DNA of 64,000 nucleotides, from assembly GCA_030390025.1 (NCBI GenBank), contig CM059433.1:9116001-9180000 (forward strand), read 5' to 3'. This document shows positions 14,502 to 27,966 of the stretch, in pieces. Numbering within the stretch: the stretch's first letter is position 1; the number at the start of each line of letters is the position of its first letter. Under the pieces are notes generated by a model. That model was not told the DNA's origin and searched no databases. It was given only the letters and a program-made list of their open reading frames with translations. The DNA comes from Squalus acanthias (Eukaryota). Made by a program: the position numbers and the translations under genes.

Positions 14502-14632
14502 AATAGAAACAGAAAATGCTGGAAAGACTCAGCAGGTCAGACAGCATCTGTGGAGAGAAACGTCAGAACGTCGACAGGTCCATCAACCTGAAATGTTAAC
14601 TGTTTCTCTCTCCACAGATGCTGCCTGACCTG
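14502..14632. mobile_element. Short inverted-repeat remnant of a second Penelope-like family
   Basis: Arms caggtcagacagcatctgtggagagaaac and gtttctctctccacagatgctgcctgacctg are inverted; homologous to 59825-59960. Confidence 0.6.
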
Positions 14633-15554
14633 AGGTTGGGGCTAGGGGAGGAAATGCTGGCGTAGATCAGGGTCAAGTGTTGGCAGGCCAGGATGAAGTG
14701 ATCTGCTACCGTGAGGAAATTTCCACTTCCAAATTTGGTGGTCCCCAATTCCGCAGCCTGGCAAGTAATGTACGCCTGCTTCATGCAGGATTACTCTATA
14801 CGCTGGGGGCACCAGAGGATGAACTGCTAGGTTTTCCTCTGTGCATCATCTGGTCAGTCCCACCTCTTTCCGTGACGTCACCAGTAATAAAAAGGTAGAA
14901 ACAAGAACTGCCCGCCTCCACTCCTTCAGGAAATCCCCATCTGGCACAACCGGGTCTTGCTCCAAAATTCACTTTCACACTCCTCCCGAAATAATACTCC
15001 AGTATGCCCCGATTTCCATCTACGCCTCATATTTTGTATCTATTGATAGAATGCACCGTGGAATGTCAGCTCCGGATTGTATCCGGATCGAGTGTCTGCA
15101 AGGTTTGATCCTAATTTATTTCCAAAGTGCTTTCTTAAAGTAATAGCACTCTAATAACTCAGTGATTTTCCCTATTTACACTGGATTACTTCACCAGAAG
15201 CCACAGTAAAATGAGATTTGATCCAAACAAATATTCTTGTGATAGCATTCTAGAAAAAACTCTGACCTTAAGCTGACTATAGAAACAGGATATTTATGTA
15301 ATCACAGAGGTTACCTGCACAGTGAAACACAATTAAATGGGAGGTAGCATCAATGCAGATTAGTGATGCAGTGAAAAACAGAAAAGTAAATTTAGTACAA
15401 ATATAAAGGCATTTTTTTTTGCAAACGCTGGGAAGTAAAGTTACTGACGCATACAAAAGAGCCATCATAGCAGCGCAAGCCCTGTAGCAATTTATGGTAG
15501 CTATGAAGAATGATCGAAATAATTGCTGTCATGCAAAATTGTGTAAAGAATTTT

Positions 15555-16521
15555 GGGCTAGAAATTCGGTATCGCCCCGATGGGGGCGCTAAATTTTTAA
15601 AAATTGGGGAGAATTAGCGGCAGGCGCTAATCCTTCTGACCTCCCGCTAAATTGATTATTAGCGCTCCAAGAAAGAACTGGAGCGCTAAATCAAGCACTA
15701 ATCACCTAACTTAGGGCGCTACACACAGAGCGGGGCGCTACACACACACACAACGATAACCAATTTCAAGTGCAGTCCAATCGGGACTCATCATTCACAC
15801 TGGCTCCTTCCAGATCTTAAAGGAGAGGTTTAATCATTCTGCACCACCTCATTCTGAAGCAGAGCCTTCTAAGACACTGCCCCTCAGTTAAATTTATGTA
15901 GGAGAAGTGCTCCCGGAATACCCTGGGAGGGTAAGGCCTCCTGTTGACAGTCCTGTTGGCCCTCCTCCCTCTGGCCACATTTTCCAATCTTTGTCTCTGC
16001 CTCCGACGTTGATGCTGGAGGGCGAGCACCAGTACAGCCCCCATTAATGTAACCAAGTGTAGAGAGTTTGAAATCTTAGCAGAATGAAAGTGACAAATTT
16101 TTAGCAGGCAGAACACTCCTGAAAGTAAGAAACGTTTAACTCACTGAAATCAGCTGTTTCGCAATGTGAAACTGAGCAGGCAGCATTGATTGGCCACTAA
16201 AATGAAAGCGGATATTGATCCCTTTAAATACCGTTCCTACAACGGCCATCGAATGCAGAATGCCGCCTCTTCCTGCCGTTGTTCAGGCCAGGCGCTAAGG
16301 CAGGGGGCGGCAGTCAATTTTGCATCTGAGCCATTAACGGGGCGTTCCAAACTCATTATCACGATCTACCAGGCGCTAAAGGCCTAGGCGTTAAATGTTC
16401 GCGCCAGCGCTAAATCCCGGGTTAATTTCGCGAGCGGTGTTGGATTCACTGCGCCCTGCCACAAACCCATTAGCACACCCTCCCCCCCCCACCCAGGTGC
16501 TAATATGCCAAATTTCCCCCC
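15555..16521 (-). mobile_element. Non-autonomous PIF/Harbinger-like DNA transposon with a transposase N-terminal fragment
   Basis: ORF 15817..16116 contains RRPYPPRVFREHFSYINLTEGQCLRRLCFR, resembling a HARBI1/Harbinger transposase N-terminus; imperfect terminal inverted ends (ggg..gaaattcgg / ccaaatttcccc); GC-rich gcgctaa repeats. Confidence 0.6.
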
Positions 16522-17232
16522 CTTTATCTCTAAACTGAAAAATTTACTACTGTTCATCTTGCATCACCAAAAAGCACTTTTTTTCATAACACCCCAACGA
16601 ATCCTCTCCAACTGTACATTATGTTGTTTGCCATAGAATCTCAATTATCCACTCGCCTCTTACCCACACTCTCATTTCACAGGAGTCTGGGGATCAGTAA
16701 ACCACACTGTAGAAAGCAGTGAGAGAGAAGGACGCACTGGTCAACTGTTTAGGAGTATGGAGCAGCTTCTTGTATTTGACTTTCCCTAAATTAGTTCCTT
16801 CTGTCAGCTCAAGAATACCTCAAAAGAAGATCTGAAAGGAATCAAAACTTGAGGGATATATAATAGGCAACTCCAGTCCCCAAAACTGCTCATCAGCACA
16901 TTCCTCGTTCCAGTGAAATCTCAATTACCCATCAATTTTCATTATCTCTCCATCATGGCAAATAATCAAGGTTCCACGGCATATGAATTTTAATTTTTTT
17001 TTTAAATCTTACTGAATTTGACTCCCACTCCATAAATTGTCCTGTACTGCGGATGACATCAGAATGAACGTGTTGAAACGTTCCACACAATATTTCACTG
17101 TAATATCGGTTTTCAATGCAATTTTTACAACTTGCCGTAAAAGTCAATCATTGAAAATAACAGGACATCACATTGCAAAGATGCTGCAGCATCAATGTTG
17201 CTAATCAAATTACATGCAAAAGCAGTTGTTAC

Positions 17233-17331
17233 CTTATCCACTGCAGAGACTTTAGCACCTTTATCCAGTAAAAGTTCAACAATCTCAATATTTCGCATTT
17301 TCGTTGCTTTAATGAGAGGCGTCTCACCATC
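17233..17331 (-). CDS. KIDINS220: KIDINS220 ankyrin exon ([33 protein letters not shown])
   Basis: 99 nt, ttttcag/gtaac boundaries; lies inside ORF 17125..17343. Confidence 0.95.
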
Positions 17332-18139
17332 CTGAAAATGCAAGAAAGATCTTATTCATTTTAAAATCAGTGACTAAAATATTCTATAACCTACTTAACA
17401 CTGCCTTCTCCAGATGACATGAAAAATAGGTCTTCTGTGGAGTTGTAGCAATTCTCAAAGACTCTGCGACAAATAATTTCATTGTAACCACCCCAAAAAT
17501 CACCAATTAGAGCAAAAAAAAGTGGGAAGAAATATAACTGCTAATCAACTAATTTAATTTGTATTTAATCACAGTTAATGAACATTTCATTTGCAAATAG
17601 TTATACCTCTCTATAAACTCAATAGTTATATGTCAACAAGTAATATAGTACTAAAACTGGAAATGCTTTAAGAATGGTGTTCTGTTTTTCGGTATTATAA
17701 TATGGAATATCACATACTTCAGATGTCCTGGCAATTCTTCGAAAATTTCAAACAAAATTGTAATGAATTGTGCGTCAGCAGCAACATCAGTACCCGGAAA
17801 TACAGAAAATGTTTCCAGTTTATGCACCCAGAGTCAACAGTAAGTGCTCCCAGGCTAGGTATAATACAAGCTAAGTGCAGGGTAAAGCTTCCTTTACACC
17901 CCCTGCAACTTCAGTACAACATTCCCATAGTACTGATTAATTATTCCATTCCCCTACTAGTTATTATTGTGGTCTCTCGGTCATGGAACTGTGGCTAATT
18001 TTGTGCAATACGATCGCTCTCACTAGGAACTAGATCAAAACTTTACAAACTTATTCACTTAGGTCAATTAAAGACGGCAGAAGGAGAAGAATTTCACCCT
18101 ATATGCATGTGATAGGTTCACTTCCGAATGAAACAACAT

Positions 18140-18878
18140 GCCAGACCTTGCGGTGTGCCCAGTTAAGTTAGGCTTACTCGTGCACATTTAGATTTTAACA
18201 TTTTTTGCCCACAAAGTTGCTGGAAGTGTGAGCTGATAACGGCGCAGCGAGGGAACCAGGGCATCTGAGACCTTGGTGAACAACAAGACAAACAGTGCAT
18301 CTCCTTAACCAATGAGTTTTAAGGATTGAGAAATAAACAAAGGAAGAACTGAGAAGGAGGGTGAATTAGAGTGGGTGAATTCAATGTCAAATCAGGTACA
18401 AAAGAGAAATAAAGAGAGGGAAAGAGTGATTGAATTAAGAAAAAGAAAAAGACAGAAAGGAAATGCAAGAAAAAAAAATAATTTTAAATTTGACATTTTT
18501 AAAACTCGAAACTTGAAGGAATGAGACTCCACACCTATAATTGTTTACTTTCCGGGCAAGAGAGGTTGACTGGTAGTCATTAACAATTATCACATTGGTA
18601 AAAGGGTACTTATGCTATTAATTATTAGACTTAACTTTCTGTGGCGAGTTTAATGGGCAATTAATGTGCAAATGCAGCAACTTCATGAAAATCAAGGAGG
18701 TAAAGGACGAGATGCTGTTTTTGTGAAGCTAATGGCGGAGCAGTGCAAATCAGTCAGCAACTTGTGGCGATTCGCAATTCATGGGGTATCGCTTCCTCGC
18801 TGCAAATTGTTGGCAATTTTCATATTAATAACGGCTTGCATTGTTCATATGCCGTTACCTTTTCACCAAAATCTGGCC
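18140..18878. mobile_element. MITE-like/non-autonomous DNA element, related to 50860-51205
   Basis: Imperfect inverted ends (gccagaccttgcggtg / caccaaaatctggc); 18550-18860 is collinear with 50870-51190 (e.g. gagtttaatgggcaattaatgtg, ggcggagcagtgcaaat). Confidence 0.5.
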
Positions 18879-19224
18879 CATAAATATTCTAATAAACTGC
18901 AGCACCGACCATTACCAAAAGTGATACAACTCAGCAGATACAAGAACACGGGTCTCACAATGGCAAGCACATGCAAGGATCCTCCAGGGGTCAAAGTTGC
19001 CAGCATCATTTGGGTCATGAAGTTCAGGGAGAGGGGAAAACTGATAGACCTTTTACATAATAATCACTTTCCCAAAGTTAATTTATTAGATCTATCAAGA
19101 TGTCTGCAAATTAGACCTTGCCTCCTGGGGGGACAAAGAGAGAAAGAATAAAGTGACAAGATACCAAAATAAAACATTAGTATAATTTTGTACAGTATCG
19201 ATTCCAGTAAGTATCCAGTCATAC

Positions 19225-19323
19225 CTTAATGCAGATTTCTGTGTCAGGATTGCACTGAAGAATATCCCTTACTACGGTTGCATTTCCTTTCTCCACAGCC
19301 CAGTATAGAGCAGTTTTATTATC
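19225..19323 (-). CDS. KIDINS220: KIDINS220 ankyrin exon ([33 protein letters not shown])
   Basis: 99 nt, ttttag/gtatga boundaries; manual translation. Confidence 0.95.
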
Positions 19324-19444
19324 CTAAAAACAATTTTAGAAGAAATTACAGCATTAAATAAATTAAAATCTTATTTCACTTCGCCAAAGGCGAAAAAAGC
19401 TTCCTTTTTCTTGGAACTAAACCACCCAACATTCAACTTTAAAC

Positions 19445-19905
19445 GTCAGCTTGGCTCTGCGGTATTACTCTTGCCGCTGAGTAACAAGGTTGTGGTTTCA
19501 AGCCTCACTCCAGAGACTGGAGCACATAACCTCGGCTGACACTGCAGTGCAGTACTGAGGAACTACCACACTGCAGAGGTGTGTCTTATTTTGGATAAGA
19601 TGCTAAACCAAGATCCCATCTGCCTTCTTAGGTGGACATAAAAGATACCATAGTACCTTTTCAAAGAACAGCAGGAGAGTTCTCCCGGTCCTGGAGAACA
19701 TTTATCCCTCAAACTACAACGCTAAAAGCAGATTATCTGGTAATTTCTCTCATTGCGGTTTGTGGGACCTCTGTACGCAAACTGGCTACCGCATTTCCCT
19801 ATATTACAGCAGTGACTACACTTCAGAAATACTTTATTGGCTGCGAATCGTTTTGGGCCATCCTGAGTTAGTGAAAGGTTCTATAAATGCAGGTCCTTTC
19901 TTCCT
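19445..19905 (+). mobile_element. DeuSINE (SacSINE1-like) tRNA-derived SINE, diverged copy
   Basis: Collinear with 42044-42517. Confidence 0.75.
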
Positions 19906-20461
19906 TTCAAAACAATTTTTTTACACCAACTGATGCGGTGAAGTGTAAAAGGACTACTCATTTTCCCCATCAGCATCAAACACCCTGTAACATCATCCTA
20001 TCCTTTTAATTTTTACCTCAAAGCGTCAACTCATGATGGGGTATGGTTCCTGATGCAGAAAACACCTTTCAGTACCTTCTCCAAGTAGCCATTCTTCATG
20101 TATAAGCCAAGACAAGGTCTATTAGCAAACTAAATCCATCATTTAACCTTTAAGAGAAAGCTTTGCATAAATATGTCCTCGTCTCAAAAGGCAAGGTTGA
20201 TTGGAATTCCAGAATACTTGCCCATGCTCACATTCCACCGTTCAACCCGTTGCCTTCCAGAGAGCATTCTCCTCCTATCCAGGTAATAGAGGACCATTAT
20301 GTCCCAGAAAGTATTTGATCAGCTCAGTTTGCATTTATAATCTCCGATTTTGTGGATAGTTTTATATTAAAAACATGTCTCCTCCAGTGTTCACTATTGA
20401 AGCTAATTATCTCTGCAGCAACACCTTTCCTTGTCTTGTGATGATCTATGTTTAGACTTAC

Positions 20462-20560
20462 CGTTCCCTTTATATCTATGTCAGCATATTTTTGCAGCAG
20501 AGCCCTCACAATCTCCACATGACCACCTTTAACAGCACCAATTAGGACCGTGTCGCCACT
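20462..20560 (-). CDS. KIDINS220: KIDINS220 ankyrin exon ([33 protein letters not shown])
   Basis: 99 nt, ttttcag/gtaagt boundaries. Confidence 0.95.
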
Positions 20561-21321
20561 CTGAAAAGAAAATGCACATACAACATGATGGAAATTTCGC
20601 CCACAAGCATAATTCCATGACAATAAGGAATTTAAAAAAAGATAAGATTGAACATAGCATCAGAATCTTCATGTAAATGCACAAACTAAAGTTTAAACCT
20701 ACTTTTGGTAAAACTTTGCTGCGTGCACGCTGTCCAAGCCATTCATTTAGTTGTTGCTTTTTTAAGTACACAAATACTCAACAAAAATTCCTGCCAATCA
20801 CAAGGTTAGCTTCTAATCTCAAATATACCATTGTGATGAGGCGTTTCCCCGCAAGGGGGGGGGGGGGGGGGGGGGTGGAATCAAAGAGCCAGTCATCACT
20901 CCCATCCAATGTGGTAGATTTCCTTGCAGCAGGTTATGTAAATGCAGGAACAGATGCCCAGCCAGTCTGCTTGGGAAGGGATAGTGTGACACAGGGAGAA
21001 AAAGATGGACAAGGAATAAAGACATTCCAAAATTACAATAAGATTACAGTATCCCTTAGTAGAAAGCTTCAAGAACAATAATATGAAGAACTTAAGGTTC
21101 TAAATTACTGTCAAAACCATGAAGGGAATTATGATGAACAGAAGCCTATATATAATAAAATGCGAGTTACAAATGTCGGGGGAAATAAAGTAGCAAGATC
21201 CACACTTTTTCCAAGGTTTAGGATTACAAGTGTTAGTTTGTGTAAATTTGAATCTGCATGGTTAACCTCAACTAAAATTCACTGAACACAAACTACTAGA
21301 AAAAAAATACTAAATACAAAC

Positions 21322-21519
21322 CCTGTCAGGGATATTGACATAAGTGCCAGCGTCCAACAGATCCTGAACAATCTCGATGTGACCTTCCTTGGCAGCAATC
21401 ATCAAAGCTGTATTCCCATCTTTATCAGTCAGATTGACATTTGGGTTGCGATTTAGCAATTCCTTCACTCCTTCAGTATAGCCACCTTTAACTGCCACTA
21501 TTAAAGCGGTCATAGAGTT
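21322..21519 (-). CDS. KIDINS220: KIDINS220 double-ankyrin exon ([13 protein letters not shown]...[11 protein letters not shown])
   Basis: 198 nt, tag/gtttgt boundaries; overlaps ORF 21310..21513. Confidence 0.95.
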
Positions 21520-21679
21520 CTACAAAAAGATGTGAAAATTAGTGTTTTTTTTAAACAAAGCTTAATACAAATAATATTTTTCTAACATAGATGCCACAGT
21601 GCCATCTCTTCCTTTCGAGGAGCTAGTTAGTATAACTACGTTATTAGTATATCTCCTGTGGCGTTGGACACAGGGAGTG

Positions 21680-22395
21680 AAGACCAAGTGTGAGGGAGTA
21701 CATTTTGGCAAGAAAAATAAGGAGGTCACATACTCCTTGGAAAATAAGTGCCTAAATGGGGTAGAGGAACAGAGAGATCTGAGGGTACAAATACACAGAT
21801 CACTAAAAGTTGCGACACAGGTTAATAAGGCCATTAAAAAAAGCAAACAAAGCACTGGGGTTCATTTCTAGAGGGATAAAATTGAAAAGCAGAGAAGTTA
21901 GGTTTAACTTGTATTGAACCTTGGTTGGACCATACTTGGGAGTACTGTGAACAGTTCGGGTCTCCATATTATAAAAAGGACAGAGGCACTGGAGAAGGTG
22001 CAAAAAAGATTTACCAGAATGATATCAGAACTCAGAGGTTATACCAATCAGGAAGGATTGAACAGGCTAGGGTTCTTTTCTCTAGAAAAGCGAAGACTGA
22101 AAGGTGACCTGATATAGGAGGTCTTTAAGGTTATAGGGTAGACGTTGAGAAGATGTTTCCACTTGCGGGCCAGACCAGAACTAGCGGCCAGAAATATAAG
22201 ATAGTCACGAATAAATCCAATGGGGAATTTAGGAGAAACTTCACCCGGAGAGTGGGAGAATGTGGAACTCACTGCCACAATGAGTAGTTGAGGCAAATGG
22301 CATAGATGCATTTAAGGGGGAGCTGGATAAACACACGAGGTAGAAAGGAATAGAAGGATAGGCTGATGGGGGTTATAGATGAAGAAGGGTGGGAG
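21680..22395 (+). mobile_element. CR1 LINE 3' fragment
   Basis: KCEGVHFG, EEQRDL, LEKVQKRFTRM motifs, frameshifted. Confidence 0.85.
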
Positions 22396-22649
22396 GCAAT
22401 GTTTCCTTTAAGATGTTTTAAAACCTGAGCCATAGAATGCTGTCAAAAGGCTGCACACTGCCCTGGAGGAGCAGAATGTCCACAAGAGCTGTGCAAAAAC
22501 AGCCCCCAGGGTACGCTCCTGCTATCCCCGTCACCAAGTCCCTTTCTCGGCTTCCCTCACAGTACCAGGCGGCCTCTTCCTGTGCTGCTGCTGCCTCTCA
22601 GAAGGGATTCTGAAATCAGTTGGGAGGCTGACAGGGCGCACAGGAGAAC

Positions 22650-23695
22650 AGAAAACAGAGAGTAGGGATAAACGGGTTATTTTCAGGTTGGCAGGCTGTA
22701 ACGAGTGGGGTGCCGCAAGGAACAGCGCTGTGGCCTCAGCTGTTTACAGTTATATTAATGATTTAGATAAAGGGACCGAATGCAATGTATCCAAGTTTGC
22801 TGATGATACAAAGCTAGGTGGGAAAGTAAGCGGTGAGGAGGACACAAAGAGCCTGCAAAGGGATATAGACAGGTTAAGTGAGTGGCCAATAAGGTGGCAG
22901 ATGGAGTATAATGTGGGGAAATGTGAAGTTATCCATTTTGGTAGGAAGACTAGAAAAGCAGAATATTTTTTAAATGGTGAGAAACTATTAAATGTTGGTG
23001 TTCAGAGAGATTTAGGTATCCTCATACAGGAAACACAGTTAGCATGCAGGTACAGGAAGCAAATAGGAAGGCAAATGGCATGTTGACCTTTATTGCAAGG
23101 GGGTTGGAGTCCAAGAGTAAGGAAGTCTTATTACAATTGTACAGGGCTTTGGTGAGACCACGCCTGGAGTACTGTGCACAGTTATGGTCCCCTTATCTGA
23201 GGAAGATATATTTGCCTCAGAGACGGTGCAACGAAGGTTCACTGGATTGATTCCTGGGATGAGAGGGTTGTCCAATGAGGAGAGATTGGGCCTGTACTCT
23301 CTGGAGTTTAGAAGAATGAGAGGTGATCTCATTGAAACATAAAAGATCCTGAGGGGCACTGACAGGGTAGATGCTGAGAGGTTGTTTCCTCTGGCTGGAA
23401 AGTCTAGAACTAGGTGGCATAGTCTCAGGATAAGGGGACAGCCATTTAAGACTGAGCGGAGGAGAAATTTCTTCACTCAGAGTTGTGAATCTTTGGAATT
23501 CTCTACCCCAAAGGGCTTTGGATGCTGAATCGTTGAGTATATTCAAGCATGAGAGAGAGATAGATTTTTGGGCTCATGGGGAATTAAGGGATATGGGGTT
23601 CGGGCTGGAAAGTTGAGTTGAGGTCGATGATCAGCCATGTGGAGCAGGCATGAGGGGCCGTCTGGCCTACTCCTGCTCATAATTCTTATGTTCTA
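22650..23695 (+). mobile_element. CR1 LINE 3' fragment
   Basis: KFADDTKLGG and LVRPRLEYC motifs; tail ttcttatgttct. Confidence 0.9.
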
Positions 23696-23944
23696 ACTCC
23701 TCAGTCTTGAGCCCAACTGAGTTAAGGGATGCAATAGGGAGGCGGCACAGGGTGAGAAGAGGTGCAAGGAATGGGCTGGGAATCAGGGCTAGCTAGGAGA
23801 AAAAGAAGCAGGGTGCAAAGAAGAGTCAGAAACAATGACCATCAATATGGTAGAGATATCAGCCAACTGGACTGCAGTCAGCAGGGCTGCAGGTGTGCGT
23901 GATTGGGGAAATGCATGGGGCAAGGCAATGCATTCTAGTAGGAG

Positions 23945-24029
23945 TGAGAAGTCGCACAACACCAGGTTATAGTCCAACAGCTTTATTTGAAATCACAAGC
24001 TTTCGGAGCGCTGCTCCTTCGTCAGGTGA
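23945..24029 (-). mobile_element. 85-bp Penelope-like terminal fragment containing a hammerhead motif, flanked by AGTAGGAG direct repeats
   Basis: Near-identical to 47056-47140; AGTAGGAG at 23937-23944 and 24030-24037. Confidence 0.8.
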
Positions 24030-24617
24030 AGTAGGAGGGAAGGCTAAAGAGATGGGCCAGTGGCTGAACCCAAAGCCAGCTAGGCAGGAAGTAGTAGGTA
24101 GACAGTGGAGGGGTGTAGGTATTATTTATTTGCTGAGAGGCAATATAAATATATTAAAAAGGTAAAAATAATTATTTTTTAAAAATAAACTGCTAAAAAA
24201 AATAAAAGTGGTGGCACATGCTAGATCCAGCATTTAACACAAATCACAAGAAAGATTTGGTATTCTTTTCCTAGGTATTTTGCATCAGGGCCACTCTTAA
24301 GGATGTGAGAAGCTGAGAACTCATTTAGGAGAATAATCTATACTAGAGAATTTGATGTAGCTAAAATAAGCAGAAAGGGCAGAACAGACCCAAAAACATA
24401 GCAAAGGTGTTTTCTTTGAGCCTGTAGATCGAAAACAAACCCTACTTTTGTCCTGGCCCTTATCTCATTGAACACATCAAGCCAGAGAATTTAATTTATA
24501 CCATGGCTAAACCTGCAGTGTTGATTCAACTACCTTACCGCCCAGATATACCTTACATGCAATCATCCCCTGCACCATTCCTGCAACTTCTGTTCTTCCT
24601 GAAAGCTCTCAGCTTCT

Positions 24618-25020
24618 TGTCAGCTTGGCTCAGTTGATAGCACTCTCACTTCAGTCAGAAGACTGTGAATGCAAGCCCCACTCCAGAATTTGAGCACATA
24701 ATCTAGGTCAACAGTTCAGTGCAGTACTGAGGCACTGCTGCATTACAAGAGGTGCCATCTCTCAGATGAGATGTTAAAACTAGGTCCCAGCTGCCTGCTC
24801 AGTTGTATATAAAAGATCTCATGGCATTATTTGAAGAAGAGCGAGGAGTTCTCCCAGCATGCTAACCAACATCCCTGCCTCAACCAAGACCACCAAAAAC
24901 AGATTAACCGGTCATTCATCTTATCTGCTGTTTGCGGGACCTTGTTTCATGCAAAATTGGTTGCCACGTTTGCCTACATATCAGTGTTTGCACATCAAAA
25001 TTCACTGGTTGTAAAGCACT
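24618..25020 (+). mobile_element. DeuSINE (SacSINE1-like) SINE, diverged copy
   Basis: Collinear with 42044-42517; A-box tggctcagttg. Confidence 0.75.
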
Positions 25021-25034
25021 GAGAATGTGCTATT

Positions 25035-26098
25035 GGCCCTGAATTAGTGTTCGGTTTGACAGCATCATACTGCCTTTGAATGACCGCAAGTTCGGGATTT
25101 CCACATGTGCTAAATCCCGAACTTGCAAGTTCCAACCGCGCATTGTTTCACCTACCCATTCAAATCAACGTGCTGGTGAAAAGTTGGACTAATTGCCCAC
25201 CTACTACGCATTAATTACCCTGAAATGTTTTACGTCTGGTGCAAACAGGCGCAGAAGCCTGTTGCACAGCGCAAGGGGGGGGGGGGGGGGGTGGCAAATG
25301 AGAAAATTGCATTAGTTGGCATGTGCTGACTGACCCATTGAGTGTTTCCACCATTTTCTGATTAAAAATCTACTAGCCGGACTTCTTTTCATGTGTCAAA
25401 ATCTTTCACGATGAGTTTTTGAACCCAGAAATTAAGCAGAGTAAACACCAGCAATAGGCACTCTATAGATTGGATATATTGGTTTACAGGCAAAGTTTTT
25501 ATGTGCCAATTATTTCTCAACATATTACAATAAAAAAACCTACTGATTTATAGAAACAATTATGTACTGGGTTTGCTATTTTATGGGCACAATTCAAATA
25601 ATGGAGCATCTAATCTAATACTGAGTAGATAAGAACCGTATATCTAACAAATGCAGTATTATTTACACATAGTTATGAAAGATGTTTGACCAAACGTCTA
25701 TCTGGCATAACTAAAATATATATACCTAACTTTTTAAATCCCTTCAACCAATATTTCCAATTAAGAGTGGCTATTAAACGCTATGTAGATTGTAAATATA
25801 TGCCAGTAGAAGACTTCGGTCTTCTATTAACATATATTTACAATCCTGTTTTAGCAATCTCCTCGGTTTCCTGATTGGCCAAGAGTCAGGAAGTGAAAGG
25901 AACACCGCCCCACGTGATCCCAGGTTCGCATACGCACAACACTGCGTCCCTGGAATCCGTGGACCACTACACTGCGCACGACTCTGCAGTGTCTGAAAGC
26001 AACTTCACGAAGGGGGGTTCGCACGAGGTAAGTGCGGATTTCGTTCAGATGTCGGCGGCGGACTCCTTAGCTACACCGCTGACTGCGAATTCAGGACC
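25035..26098. mobile_element. Possible non-autonomous DNA transposon (MITE-like)
   Basis: Inverted ends ggccctgaatt / aattcaggacc with CpG-rich subterminal blocks. Confidence 0.4.
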
Positions 26099-27867
26099 AT
26101 TGTGCGATTTCACTTCAATTGCTCCGGTTAGTGATGTTTCAGTGATCCCTATGACACTGCAATCACCGGTTGTCACCATTGCCTCAAATTCAACCACTTT
26201 ATTTTGTATGCTTATTTTAAGCCACAAGTACAGCTGCAGATTACGATGGATACAGCTCAAAAGCTTTTACATAAATCTCATTTTTAAATGGACTAATTTT
26301 TAATTGAATGCAACATACAGCAGAACCATCTCCATAAACACTGTGGGTATGATAGAGAAAGACAGGGTTATGAAGTGGTTTATACTATTAGACACTAATG
26401 CCCTTCTTTCCTGTGTTTGTAACGATGCGTTGGTTTTGTGCTTTTGCTGGTAGCTTGACAACTGATGAGTGTTCATAGGCAATCAGCAACATTCAATTAA
26501 GTGATGTATTGCTTTATTTATTTGTTTTTTCTTGTATATTAGGTGGTGTTATAAAGTCCAAACAGAGATCGCACAAACTGGGACAAATTCTCACAAAACA
26601 CAGTCCAGTGGTAACTGGAAGCAAGAAATATATGGGAAAAAGTATACCAGAGTAGCAACATGCAAGTCACAGTCCCATAATTTGATGCATGTTGCAACAA
26701 ACTTAATTCAGCAGGAATGGTTAACTTCAAATCTGAACAAGGGACAGAGTTCTAGGAGACAATACTGTCTACGAAAGAGTTCTACAGGTAGCAGACAGGG
26801 CGTGTAAAGCTTTGCTATGAGTATTCTGCAGACTATTTGGACCAATGTTTAGGTGGTGTTACAACAGCTACATCTAACTCTCCTAGAAATAGCCTGCATG
26901 AAGAACTATATTTACTGTTAAATATTATTTACACATCCTTATACTACATACTATAGAATTAATTTGCTAATCAAATCCAGGTTAGGTGTTTCTCAGCCAA
27001 AGAAAAGTCTATCTCTACCTACATTAATGCAACTCCTAGTGACCAATTTAACACCAATGGAAGAGGGTTGAGACAGGTAGCCTCTCTGATAAACCAAGGA
27101 GAGAAGGGAAAGGGGGTGGGGGTCAGGTGACAAAGGAAAACAAAATTGAGACGGAGGGAAGTGCATGAGCCACAAACTTCTGAAAAAAGATTAACACTTT
27201 ACTTGGGTAGATGATTCATAACCACAGGCACCAAAAGATAATAAGCTAACAGTAGATCAAGTTACCTTGACTCCATAAAGACCAATTTTCAATACCACAA
27301 TACCACTAACTTTACGACTTAGCAAAGAACAGTCTGTACACCAGATACAGTAATTTGAAGCAAATCAGCAAAAATTCAACAATGTTACTTATTGTCTCAA
27401 TGTTTTAGCTTAATGACTAAGTTTTAAACAGAAGTCAAAGAAGTACTACTTCGCTAGGTCTGCCATTTTGAATATTGCAATGTTTGCATTTTATCACTTG
27501 CTAAAGTTAATTTACAATGATTACATCGGAGCATCATATTGGAAGATCTGCAGCACTCATAACGTCAAGTCAAGCCAAATTGTGAATATCAAATCATTAG
27601 AGCTATGCTACATTAAGTAAATTTTTTTTAATTTAGAAAAATCATTTAGCATCCGTTTTCAACTCAAATGTGTTCCAAGGGCTATACCAAAATGTACTTG
27701 CACACTGAAGATTCTTTATTCCTATGCAAAATTCAAGTGCACTTCATTACATTTCAACATAAATATTAAACTTACAAAAACATTTTTTTTGTTTAATCCT
27801 CTGCACATTTCAAAACTCATTTTAAACATATATTACATGCAAGAATAAAATAGTTGAGAATACATAC

Positions 27868-27966
27868 AGCTCCTTCTTGATCAACATCAGCACCCATTTC
27901 CAACAAATGCTTCACACACTCAAGATGACCCTTTCTGGCAGCCCATATCAATGGAGTTGTTCCATA
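27868..27966 (-). CDS. KIDINS220: KIDINS220 ankyrin exon ([33 protein letters not shown])
   Basis: 99 nt, tttcag/gtatgt boundaries; manual translation, not in the ORF track. Confidence 0.95.
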
